Part shown: positions 20,397-28,882 of the stretch, in pieces
How the letters are laid out: each line of letters starts with the position of its first letter
Numbering within the stretch: position 1 is the first letter of the stretch
From: an uncultured Gemmatimonadales bacterium
Lineage (GTDB): Bacteria > Gemmatimonadota > Gemmatimonadetes > Gemmatimonadales > GWC2-71-9
Length of the DNA stretch: 64,000 bases
Reading direction: 5' to 3'
Assembly (NCBI GenBank): GCA_963771275.1
Contig: CAVYSW010000003.1
Span: 1,728,001-1,792,000 of the forward strand
The notes under the pieces: model-generated
Told to the model about the DNA's origin: nothing
Seen by the model: the letters and a program-made list of their open reading frames with translations, nothing else
Databases searched by the model: none
Made by a program: the position numbers and the translations under genes

Positions 20397-21149
20397 TTGA
20401 CGGCGACAGATCCGAACCGGGGCATGGAGCGGCCGGGCGGGCCGGCGCGGGCGGGCACGACGGCGACGGCGGGAGTGCACCAGGCCGACCCGTGGGGCGT
20501 GAAGCGGGCGGAGAACCTGCTCACGAGCCTGCAGGGCGTGCTGTCGGCGCGGGTGGTGGTCTCGCCGATCGGCGAGGTCGAGGAGATCCACGTGCTGACG
20601 CAGGGGAGCACGCCGGCGAAGCAGGTGGTGCGCAACGTGGAGAGCGCGCTGCTGGCGCATCTCGGCCTCAAAGTGGATCATCGCAAGATCAGCGTGGCGC
20701 AGACGGCGGAGGTGCGGCCGATCGAGGCGCTGGACCAGGACGCGGTGCGCGAGATGGCGATGCGGCGCGGGGTGCTGTTCGGCCGGCTCGAGTTTCAGTC
20801 GACCGGCGGGGGCCAGCGGATCGGGCTCCACGTGACGCTGCGCGTGGGGGACGAGGAGGTGGCGGGGACGGCGGAGGCGGTGGACAACGCGCGGGCGCGG
20901 CTCAACGGGGCGGCGCGGGCGGCGGTGGCAGCGTTGGACAAGATCCTGACGCGCGGGATGATCGACGTGGAAGGGGTGCAGGTGGTGGAGGCGTTCGACC
21001 GGCGCTTCGTGATGGCCGGAATCCTCGTTGCGGAAAGCCGTGGAAGTAGTTTATTGACAGGCACTTGCGAGCTGGCAGACAGTCCTGAGCAGGCGTCGGT
21101 GCTGGCGGTGCTGGACGCCACGAACCGGTGGCTTGCATCACGGCGCTAG
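20397..21149 (+). CDS. Conserved hypothetical protein
   Basis: GAGAGGGGAG RBS before TTG; EEIHVL...KQVVRNVESALLA.LGL.VDHRKISVAQ and AVLDATNR conserved-looking blocks. Confidence 0.75.
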   Translation: MTATDPNRGMERPGGPARAGTTATAGVHQADPWGVKRAENLLTSLQGVLSARVVVSPIGEVEEIHVLTQGSTPAKQVVRNVESALLAHLGLKVDHRKISVAQTAEVRPIEALDQDAVREMAMRRGVLFGRLEFQSTGGGQRIGLHVTLRVGDEEVAGTAEAVDNARARLNGAARAAVAALDKILTRGMIDVEGVQVVEAFDRRFVMAGILVAESRGSSLLTGTCELADSPEQASVLAVLDATNRWLASRR

Positions 21150-21434
21150 CGTAGACCAAGTCCTATCATTACTTTGGTTCGCCCAAACCACAGGGCGGGC
21201 CGGCGCGGTCCAATCCCATGTCGCGGGTTTGGTTGTGTCGGCTTATTTGATCTGGTTTCTCACCAGTCTTCACGAGTACTTAAGGAGAGATCGAAGGGGC
21301 CCCCGGTCGCCGAGCTGCCAGTACGGAGCGAAGTTGATCGGGTAAGACGAGCGGAGCGTCAGGGTATGCCATAGCGGGGCATGCCACTTCTCATCGTGAT
21401 CCGTCTGAAACGGTCAGGGGGGAGGTGACGCTCA

Positions 21435-21515
21435 ATGCCAGGATTCGGTTGGCTCGCGTTCCTGCTGGGGATTTTTGCTCGAGCTTTCTCCGCGCAGGGA
21501 ACGATCATGTGGTAG
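21435..21515 (+). CDS. 26-aa hydrophobic peptide, putative signalling-peptide precursor
   Basis: GGGGGGAGGTGA Shine-Dalgarno, ATG 21435, MPGFGWLAFLLGIFARAFSAQGTIMW, TAG 21513-21515; below the ORF-track length cutoff. Confidence 0.7.
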   Translation: MPGFGWLAFLLGIFARAFSAQGTIMW

Positions 21516-21525
21516 TTCGTCAATC

Positions 21526-21545
21526 GGGGGCACCCCTCCCTTTTT
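21526..21545 (+). terminator. Weak hairpin plus U-tract between the peptide gene and HD-GYP gene
   Basis: GGGGG-CA-CCCCTCCC-TTTTT. Confidence 0.4.
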
Positions 21546-21555
21546 CGCGTTCAGG

Positions 21556-22878
21556 ATGCAGAGGCCACGGGCGATCCATGTCTATGTCGCCGCAGTCTTC
21601 ATTGCGGCGGCGGTCCTGATTGGGCGGGCTTCTTGGGTCGTCCCGGGGGAGCCGAGCCAATTCTGGAACGCAATGGCGGCGTTTCTAGTCTTGGCGGTGG
21701 TTTCGGAGTTGGCATTCCTCAAGCTCCCCATGGGTACGGCGACCTCATCCGTATCCTTCATTCCCTACCTAGCCGCGATTGCCTTGGTTGGTCCGGCGTG
21801 GGCGATGGCGTTGACGGGACTCGCCACGTTCTCGGCGGAGACATTTGTCCGGCGCAAGCCCCTGATCAAGATCATCCTCAACACATCGAAGGAGGTAGTG
21901 GGCGTTGGGCTGGCAGGCTTGTTGTACCTGCAGTTAGGAGGCACAGTCTCGCTAACGGGCCTCGTAGTGGCTCCCTTCGCCTTCGCCATTGCAGTCTGTG
22001 GTTACATGGTTGTGAACACTGGCGCGCCCGCAATCGCTATCGCGCTGAGTAGCGGAACCGCCCTAGGGGACTCGTGGAATCGACTGGTTGGGGGGTCGCT
22101 TCTTTTCGACTTCCTCGCGAGCCCTCTTGCGTTGCTGCTCGCGTTCTTGTACACGGAGGCACAGCTCGCCGGTGTGATCGTAGTGACGATCCCGCTGTTC
22201 CTGATCCGTCACGTCTATAGCGTCAACCTGCGGCTCGAGCAGAACAACCGTGACCTGCTTGAGCTGATGGTCAAGAACCTCGAAGCACGGGACCCGTACA
22301 CATCCGGTCACTCGGTGCGCGTGGCGCGGCTCGCGGACGTCCTGTCGCGCGCCCTCGGGCTGCCTGGCAAGCAGATCGCGCAGATCGGGACGGCAGCTCT
22401 CCTTCATGACGTGGGGAAGATCCACGAGGAGTACGGGGTCATCCTGCGAAAGCAGGGACGGCTCACCGCCGAAGAGATGGCTGTGATGCGGACACACCCG
22501 ATCAGGAGTTACGAACTTGTTCGCATCATTTCTGGGTTCAGAGGTGGCGTCGATCTTGTCGTGCGGCATCACCACGAGAACTATGATGGGTCTGGCTATC
22601 CGGATGGCTTAGCGGGGGAGGCAATCCCGATCGGGGCACGGATCATCATGGTTGCTGATACTGCCGATGCGATGACGACGGACCGCCCGTATCGGACAGC
22701 CCTAGGGTACAACGAGGTGCTAGCGGAACTTGAGCGGTATGCGGGTATGCAGTTCGACCCGCAGCTCGTGAAGCTTTTCGGGACCACGCCTGCTGTCAGG
22801 GCCCTAGTTGAGGCCACCAAGGTTGGCCAGGAATCGCCTCGGGAATTGCCCACCCATAGAGCTGTGCAGCTCGCCTGA
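21556..22878 (+). CDS. Multi-pass membrane HD-GYP phosphodiesterase
   Basis: About 7 hydrophobic helices then EARDPYTSGHS, LLHDVGK, HHENYDGSGYPDGL, DAMTTDRPYR. Confidence 0.92.
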   Translation: MQRPRAIHVYVAAVFIAAAVLIGRASWVVPGEPSQFWNAMAAFLVLAVVSELAFLKLPMGTATSSVSFIPYLAAIALVGPAWAMALTGLATFSAETFVRRKPLIKIILNTSKEVVGVGLAGLLYLQLGGTVSLTGLVVAPFAFAIAVCGYMVVNTGAPAIAIALSSGTALGDSWNRLVGGSLLFDFLASPLALLLAFLYTEAQLAGVIVVTIPLFLIRHVYSVNLRLEQNNRDLLELMVKNLEARDPYTSGHSVRVARLADVLSRALGLPGKQIAQIGTAALLHDVGKIHEEYGVILRKQGRLTAEEMAVMRTHPIRSYELVRIISGFRGGVDLVVRHHHENYDGSGYPDGLAGEAIPIGARIIMVADTADAMTTDRPYRTALGYNEVLAELERYAGMQFDPQLVKLFGTTPAVRALVEATKVGQESPRELPTHRAVQLA

Positions 22879-25800
22879 GATTCACGATCCCTCTCGCATC
22901 GGCCAGTTCAGCTTGGGGTGCGGTTCCCACGACGGCGAGATGCAGCAGGACTCCTGGCACAGTGGCCTGTAGAATCTCCTGAACAACGGCGATTCCGGCC
23001 TGCTCGTCACCCCGGACCATCCGCAACCACGCGTCGAGTCCTCGCACCTCAAGCTGGCCCGCGATTGGCAGACGCCCGAGTCGCTCCTCCCGCTGCTCTT
23101 GGATGGAGACGTAGGCATCCCAGCCTTGTGTCGCAGCGACATAGTGTCTCAGGAGTCGCTCGTGCCTTCCAGCTTCGCCGGTGGTCACGATCCGTTCGCC
23201 CACCGGAAGCACATGTTCTTCCACGAGTCCCCAGGCTAGTTCTGCTTCTTGTTCTGCGAGATGGTAGTCAGCACGAACCAGGAAGACGTCGAGGGCGTCC
23301 TGCCGAAATGTGGAGCGTGCAGCCCAGTGCTCTGCTAATCGCAACAGGTCGTCGGCCTGCTGGGCTTGGCCTGTGTCGAGACAGAACGACGCCGCTGCGG
23401 CGAATACTGTGGCCTTGGCTCTTGGACTCTGGTGGCGCCGGGCGGCGACGAGCGCGTTGGCAAACGAGCCGGCTGCCTGCAGGAACTTGCCGCGGTCCTG
23501 TTGGAGAACCGCGACGTTGCACCACAGAAGCGGCTTCGCTGCTCGCAACGGTTCAGGTGTTGTGCTGACGATCTGAGCGAACGTCGCCTCCGCATGGTCC
23601 AGGCGACCAGCTGAGGTGTGAGCCATACCCATGCCGTTCAACAGACGGTGAAGCAGGGACAGGTTCACAATATCCTCCCGCTTCGTCAATCCGATTCCTT
23701 CATCAAACACCGTTGCGGCCTCCTCAGGGTGTCCTGAAATCAACAGGCAGTAGCCAACGGTCAATGCGATCATCGCCTTGGAGTGTGGCTCGACAATTCT
23801 CGCCCTTACCTCCGCTATCACTTGCTCTATCTGTTGGAGGCGCCGCAAGTCGCCTGCCTCACTGGCCATCTCTGCAGCCACCTGGAGGGCCTCCGCGATC
23901 AGGAGCTCAGATCCGTCCCTGATGGCTGCAGCGAGAACGGAGTCGGCCATCTCCCTGACCTTGTGACTCGACTCCTCGCGGAGAGCAGCAAGTGATCGGA
24001 CCTGCAAGAGAGAGGCGTGGGTAGCCTCGCGGGGCGATACTTGCCGGAGGTCCTCCACCTTCTCCAATGTGGTCAGCGTCTCTCGATCTTTGCCCTGAGC
24101 TGACTGTGCCGAAGCGAGTGTGAGGATCGCGTCTACCCCACTCGCGTCTGGAGCTGTCGATAACAGATCCCCAAGAGCCTCCTCAGCTTCAGCAGGTGCC
24201 CCGGCGGCCACGGCGACCTTCGCCGCGACACGTATGAGGTTGCCTGCCTCTTCACCGTTCCCGGCTCTCAGAAAGTGGTATCCCTGTTCCAAGCGCTCCT
24301 TGAAATGGCTGGGCTTCAGCGGTTCGACGGGGCCACGTGCGAGAATCGTGTGATAGTACTTCTTCCTCTCGGGGCTGGTGGCGAAGTAGACAAAGGCCCG
24401 ATGTAGCTCACCCTTGAAACGTAGCGCTCCGTGATCGAGGCCGAGGATTCCTCGGTCCAGCAACACCAGTGCGTGTGGATCGAGTTCCCCGACCTCGATG
24501 CTCAGACAGCGGGATAGCTCAGCCGGCGTCAGAGATCTGCGTGCCGCCGCCAGGACTTGAAGTAGGTTCTGCGATGCCGGCAACAGCCCCCTGTATTGGT
24601 TCGCGAACGCCTGCCTCATCGAATCGGGCGGAGTCCAATCGGCTGGCAACTCGTGGGTTGTCGCACCGGCCGCCAACGAGTCTGCGGCGTACTGCTTCCA
24701 ATCCGCGACGAGCATCTCCGCGAAATGTGGGTTCCCCTCCGCGAGCTCGACAATGCGCGCGCGCACTCCGCCGGCCTGCACGTTGAGTGACGGTGCGAGA
24801 GTGGTGAGCAACGTGTGCATCTCTCCCGCGTCCAGCGGTCCGAGGCGCAACGTCCGGTGCCAGGCGAGCGGCTCGTCGCCCAGGGGGCCGGCCAGCAGCC
24901 CTCCCTCGAAGCTGCGCACGCGTGAGGTCGCGACGAGCAGCACCCCGTGGCCCTCGAGGCGACGGGCGAGCACGTGGAGCACGTCCCGCGTTGCCGGATC
25001 CATGAACTGCAAGTCGTCAAACACGATCGCGACCGGGCCACCGTCGGCGACTGCGTCGAGCATCTGGAGCACGCCCTCGGCCACACGCAGCCGCACGGAC
25101 TCGGCCGGTGCGGGTGGCGGCTCGGGGATCCCCGGATAGACCGTGCGCAGGCCGGGATGCACTCGGCTCACCTCCGCGAGCCACTTGGGATCCGTGCCGG
25201 CGGCCGCCGGATCCCGCGCCAAGGCCGTCACGACATCCGAGATAGCCGCGAACGGGATGCCTTCGCCGATCTCCTGGCAGCTCACCAGGAACACCGGCTG
25301 AGCACGCGCCGCGAGCGTGGCGGCGAACCGGCGGATCAGCGAGCTCTTCCCGATGCCCCCGGGGCCCTCGACGAGACAGGCCTGAAAGCCACCCGTCCGG
25401 GCGCAATCCCACTCGGCCTCGAGCTGGGCCAGTTCGTGCTCCCTCCCCACGAAAACCGCCGGCCGCAGTGCCGTCGCGCCGGATGCCATCCGTGGCGGGA
25501 TGACCTCCACCGGCGGGTGCGCTCCCGCCTCCAACCGGCGCAGGAGCCGCTCGGTGTCCTTCTGCGGCATGCAGCCGAGGGCTTCTCGAACGCCCGCGAT
25601 GTGCTCGCGCAACAGCCGAATGGCGGCGATCACATCCCCGCGCAGCAACTCACGCTCCGCCAAAGCGTGCACCGCGAGGTCCGAGAGCGGGTCGATCTCA
25701 TAGAGCACGTGTGCGCACAGGTGCACCCGGTCGAGCTCGCCGTTCCGGCGGTGGCGAGCCATGTTGTCCCGCAGCGCCTGGTCGGCGAGACGCAGACAAC

Positions 25801-26212
25801 GGGCACGAGCCCGCTCCACCCAGTGCGCGAATTCAGCACCCGCCCATTCGTCGAGCTGCGCGAGCGGGTGTGCCACATCGAGCCGCTCAGGCTCGTCCCC
25901 CAACAGGTCCAGATCGGTGGCCAGCGCCACCGACAGCCGCACCCCGCTTCCCACCCTGGTGACGGCACGCGGACCCAGCAGGCCGCGAATCGCGCTCACC
26001 GCCTGTTCCAACGAGTGTCGCGCGCGCCTGATCGGGACGTGCTCCCACAGCATCTCCGCCAGGAAATCCCGACCGACCGGCTGATCACGGCCCTCGAGTG
26101 AGAGGTACACCAGGAGGCTCAGCTGCTTCTTTGCGCGCAGCCGCCGTGGTGTGCCCTCCGGGTCCAGGACCTCGGGCACCCCGAACAGCCTGAGTTCAAA
26201 GTCGTCTCGCAT
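22796..26212 (-). CDS. BTAD/SARP - STAND ATPase - TPR regulator (AfsR/MalT-like architecture)
   Basis: ELRLFG...LLVYL...RDFLAEMLW N-terminus; FVGREHE, GPGGIGKS, FDDLQFMD, GNPHF; long helical-repeat C-terminus. Confidence 0.88.
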   Translation of the reverse strand: MRDDFELRLFGVPEVLDPEGTPRRLRAKKQLSLLVYLSLEGRDQPVGRDFLAEMLWEHVPIRRARHSLEQAVSAIRGLLGPRAVTRVGSGVRLSVALATDLDLLGDEPERLDVAHPLAQLDEWAGAEFAHWVERARARCLRLADQALRDNMARHRRNGELDRVHLCAHVLYEIDPLSDLAVHALAERELLRGDVIAAIRLLREHIAGVREALGCMPQKDTERLLRRLEAGAHPPVEVIPPRMASGATALRPAVFVGREHELAQLEAEWDCARTGGFQACLVEGPGGIGKSSLIRRFAATLAARAQPVFLVSCQEIGEGIPFAAISDVVTALARDPAAAGTDPKWLAEVSRVHPGLRTVYPGIPEPPPAPAESVRLRVAEGVLQMLDAVADGGPVAIVFDDLQFMDPATRDVLHVLARRLEGHGVLLVATSRVRSFEGGLLAGPLGDEPLAWHRTLRLGPLDAGEMHTLLTTLAPSLNVQAGGVRARIVELAEGNPHFAEMLVADWKQYAADSLAAGATTHELPADWTPPDSMRQAFANQYRGLLPASQNLLQVLAAARRSLTPAELSRCLSIEVGELDPHALVLLDRGILGLDHGALRFKGELHRAFVYFATSPERKKYYHTILARGPVEPLKPSHFKERLEQGYHFLRAGNGEEAGNLIRVAAKVAVAAGAPAEAEEALGDLLSTAPDASGVDAILTLASAQSAQGKDRETLTTLEKVEDLRQVSPREATHASLLQVRSLAALREESSHKVREMADSVLAAAIRDGSELLIAEALQVAAEMASEAGDLRRLQQIEQVIAEVRARIVEPHSKAMIALTVGYCLLISGHPEEAATVFDEGIGLTKREDIVNLSLLHRLLNGMGMAHTSAGRLDHAEATFAQIVSTTPEPLRAAKPLLWCNVAVLQQDRGKFLQAAGSFANALVAARRHQSPRAKATVFAAAASFCLDTGQAQQADDLLRLAEHWAARSTFRQDALDVFLVRADYHLAEQEAELAWGLVEEHVLPVGERIVTTGEAGRHERLLRHYVAATQGWDAYVSIQEQREERLGRLPIAGQLEVRGLDAWLRMVRGDEQAGIAVVQEILQATVPGVLLHLAVVGTAPQAELADARGIVNLRRAAQLYGWAIPEAIPGQPWWPQLGP

Positions 26213-26665
26213 AAGGAGACGCCGCCCGTCTCGCTAACGGTCGCGAATTTCCAACGCCAGTGTCAACAGACACTCAACACAATGTGGGACGATAGTTTAC
26301 AACACTGATGATTGGTCTTGCCAGGGCTAGTGTTGCGTTGACTCAACCGTGTAAGCCGAGCTCCCTGTCCACCATGGCTCCGTCCCGGCCCGGCGTCCGG
26401 CGTTCTACGGATGCCGGGTTGTCCCCTCCTCCTGACACCGGAGTCCCCTGAAGGCGACGTCGCGCCTCGGTTGGACGGCGTGCCGCAGCGCCACGGAACC
26501 GCGCGGGAACTGGTTCCCGGACGTCAACCCGTAACGCCGAACCGTGTTACGCGCGACGGCGCGCCCCGTTGTTCCCGCGGGTTCCCGTCCACCCAAGGTC
26601 CCCGTGGCTCCGGCACGCGTGATGCCCCTCACCACGCTGGCAGTTCATCACCAAAGGGAGGATGT

Positions 26666-27343
26666 ATGAGGTACGCAATGCTGGCTCTATCCTTCGCCCT
26701 GCTCACGCCGGTCCGCGCGCCGGCCCAGAGCGAGCCGCCGATCCGACTGAAGCTCTCGGACCGCACGCTCACCAGCGGGCAACGCGAGAGGATCCGTGTG
26801 CGCACCGCCGCCGATGGCTATCTGGTCGTGCTGCGGACGGACACGCAGGGCAACGTCCGGGTGCTGTTCCCGGTCAATCCGACGGATAACGGGGCGATCC
26901 CAGGCGGCAAGGACTTCGAGGTCCGCGGCCGCGGGAATCGGGACGCCTTTGCGGCGTTCGAGCAGCCGGGCTCCGGTACCGTGCTGGCGGCCTGGGCCGA
27001 TCATCCGTTCACGTTCACCGATTTCGCGACCCGCGGTCACTGGACCCGGGCCGGTCTGGTGGCCGACAGCGCGGGGACCGATGCCGAGGCCGCCATGCTC
27101 GGCATCGTCGACCAGATGAGCACCGGTCCGTACCGGTACGACGTCGCGGAGTACACCGTCCACCACCGCGACTACCGCGAGTTTTATGGTGGGTGGTACA
27201 ACCCCTGGTACGGCCCGGGTTGGGGCGGCGCGTTCACGCCGTGGTCGTGGAACCCCTACCTGTACGGGCCCCGACTCGGCGTGCGGATGGCCCTGCGTCC
27301 GGGATTCGGCCTGAGGCGGTTCGACGTGGACGATGGCCGATAG
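26666..27343 (+). CDS. Secreted DUF4384-like protein with Tyr/Gly/Trp-rich tail
   Basis: AAAGGGAGG RBS, signal peptide ending APA, DGYLVVL.TD..G.VRVLFP motif. Confidence 0.75.
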   Translation: MRYAMLALSFALLTPVRAPAQSEPPIRLKLSDRTLTSGQRERIRVRTAADGYLVVLRTDTQGNVRVLFPVNPTDNGAIPGGKDFEVRGRGNRDAFAAFEQPGSGTVLAAWADHPFTFTDFATRGHWTRAGLVADSAGTDAEAAMLGIVDQMSTGPYRYDVAEYTVHHRDYREFYGGWYNPWYGPGWGGAFTPWSWNPYLYGPRLGVRMALRPGFGLRRFDVDDGR

Positions 27344-27369
27344 CCGATCACCGATGGCGATAACCGATG
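27334..27369 (+). repeat. Degenerate heptamer (GCCGATR)n
   Basis: ggccgatagccgatcaccgatggcgataaccgatg spanning the stop codon. Confidence 0.7.
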
Positions 27370-27434
27370 GGGATGCTGTGCGCAGCACGCGCGGGCATCC
27401 CTGTCGCGCGTCTGAGTCGCCGGCCGGCAGGCCG

Positions 27435-27552
27435 GAGGCGCCACGGCCAGGGTAAGCCCGCGGAGAATGCCCAGACCGCCGAGGATCACCCGCGGCGTGA
27501 CCGGCTCGCCCAGCACCGCCGTCCCCAACAGCACCGCCATGAGCGTGCTCCA
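27435..27552 (-). pseudogene. Duplicated 3' end of the EamA gene
   Basis: WSTLMAVLLGTAVLGEPVTPRVILGG; 27496-27552 matches 29009-29065 at 55 of 57 nt. Confidence 0.85.
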
Positions 27553-27608
27553 CCGCGTGAATTCGTCGGGCCTTGCCTTGGCTCCCCGGTGCTCCACATA
27601 TTCGGGCT

Positions 27609-27824
27609 ATGAGCGCGCCGAAGTTCGACTTTTCCCGGCTTTCCCCGTCTGAGCGCCTCCAGTTGGTGGAGGAGCTGTGGGACAGCCTCACGGATGAGGA
27701 GATCGACCTGACCGCCGAACAGCGGGCGGAAGTGGAACGCCGGCGGGAACGCTTGGAGCGGGAAGGCCCGGCCGGACGGCCCTGGCGCGAGGTGCTCGAC
27801 GATCTCGGCGCGCACGGTGGATGA
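27609..27824 (+). CDS. Addiction-module antitoxin (TIGR02574-like)
   Basis: LSPSERLQLVEELWDSL...EVERR...GRPWREV; ATGA-coupled to the ParE-like gene. Confidence 0.85.
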   Translation: MSAPKFDFSRLSPSERLQLVEELWDSLTDEEIDLTAEQRAEVERRRERLEREGPAGRPWREVLDDLGAHGG

Positions 27825-28118
27825 CGCCGCGCGTCGTCCTGGAGCCAGCGGCTGAGGCGGAGTTTCGGGAAGCGGCGTCCTGGTACGCGGCGCGAACCCC
27901 AGCCCTGGGAGTGAGCTTTCGGCAGGCGGCGGCCTGCGGTGTTCCGGACGATCGAAGAAAACCCACTGCGCTTCCCGGTCGCCCTTCGGGACATCCGGAA
28001 GGCTCGGCTGCAGAGATTCCCGTACATTGTGTACTACGTCGTTCTACCGGAGGCGGTGTCCGTCATCGCCGTGATCCACGGCGGGCGCGAGCCACGGCGC
28101 TGGCAAGAGCGCCGCTGA
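27821..28118 (+). pseudogene. ParE/RelE-family toxin with +1 frameshift near 27933
   Basis: AAEAEFREAASWY...LGVSF then in the next frame IEENPLRFP...RFPYIVYY...VIAVIHGGREPRRWQERR*. Confidence 0.8.
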
Positions 28119-28175
28119 GCGAAACCCGCCGTTCCCCCGACTCCCCCCTCGAAAGTGCACGTCGGCGATCTTGCG

Positions 28176-28366
28176 TGCAGGTTACGATCAAGAATCGGCA
28201 GGTGCTGTTTCAGCCGCCGCCGCCCGAACAGTCGAGTGGCGAGGTAACCCCAGCGAGTGTGCGGTTTCTTTTCGGAGATGCTCCACACGACCGTCTCTCT
28301 CGTGGTGCATCCTTCAGCCTGTACGAGGGTCCAACGAAGGTGGCTGACGTAGAGGTGCTCGACTAG
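28176..28366 (+). pseudogene. Fragment of a small hypothetical protein
   Basis: ...RFLFGDAPHDRLSRGASFSLYEGPTKVADVEVLD* looks like a genuine C-terminus; no clear start. Confidence 0.35.
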
Positions 28367-28395
28367 GGTGGGCCAGCAAGGGCGTTCCGAGGCTA

Positions 28396-28524
28396 TTACG
28401 ACGTCCGCCGCCGGTTAGCGACGAGGGCGTCGACGAACTTAAGCACGGCGCGCTGATCGGCTTGCGGCAGCGGCTCGATGCGCTGGAGCCGTTTGAGGAG
28501 CCTCACCGTATTGGGTGAGCCTTT
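28396..28524 (-). pseudogene. C-terminal remnant of an XRE-family regulator
   Basis: RLLKRLQRIEPLPQADQRAVLKFVDALVANRRRTS*; HTH part absent. Confidence 0.5.
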
Positions 28525-28882
28525 CTGTTTTTGCAGGGACAGGGATTCGTACGGCCCTGAGGGGGATGGGATAGGGGGGTGTGGACCCGCCCGTCCGGAC
28601 GTGTCCAGCGAGCCCCTAGGAAGTGCTCAGACGGCCGCGTACCAGTCCCGCCGCCTTGACCCACCTTCCCGATCGTCGTGCGATGCCAGCGAACGCCATG
28701 CGGTGGGTTCCCCGGTTGTTGGACAGTCAGGACTGCGAGTAAGCGAGTCGTCAGGGTCCGGAGTAAAGGACCTTCGTGCGAAGGCCCGGATTGTCTGGAG
28801 CCGCCAGCGCGGATCGCCCTGCCGGAACTGCCACTCTACAACGTCGGATACAGTGAGTCAGTCCGCCTGCGCACAGCGGGCT

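Noticed and set aside
21230..21325. Possible c-di-GMP-I riboswitch (GCCGAGCTGCC resembles its 3' end)
   Set aside because: The GCAAA/GNRA tetraloop and receptor elements are not evident; an Infernal search would be needed
26441..26640. 6S RNA
   Set aside because: Size and rod shape are suggestive, but no closing stem with the 5' end or central bubble could be identified; kept only as an unassigned structure
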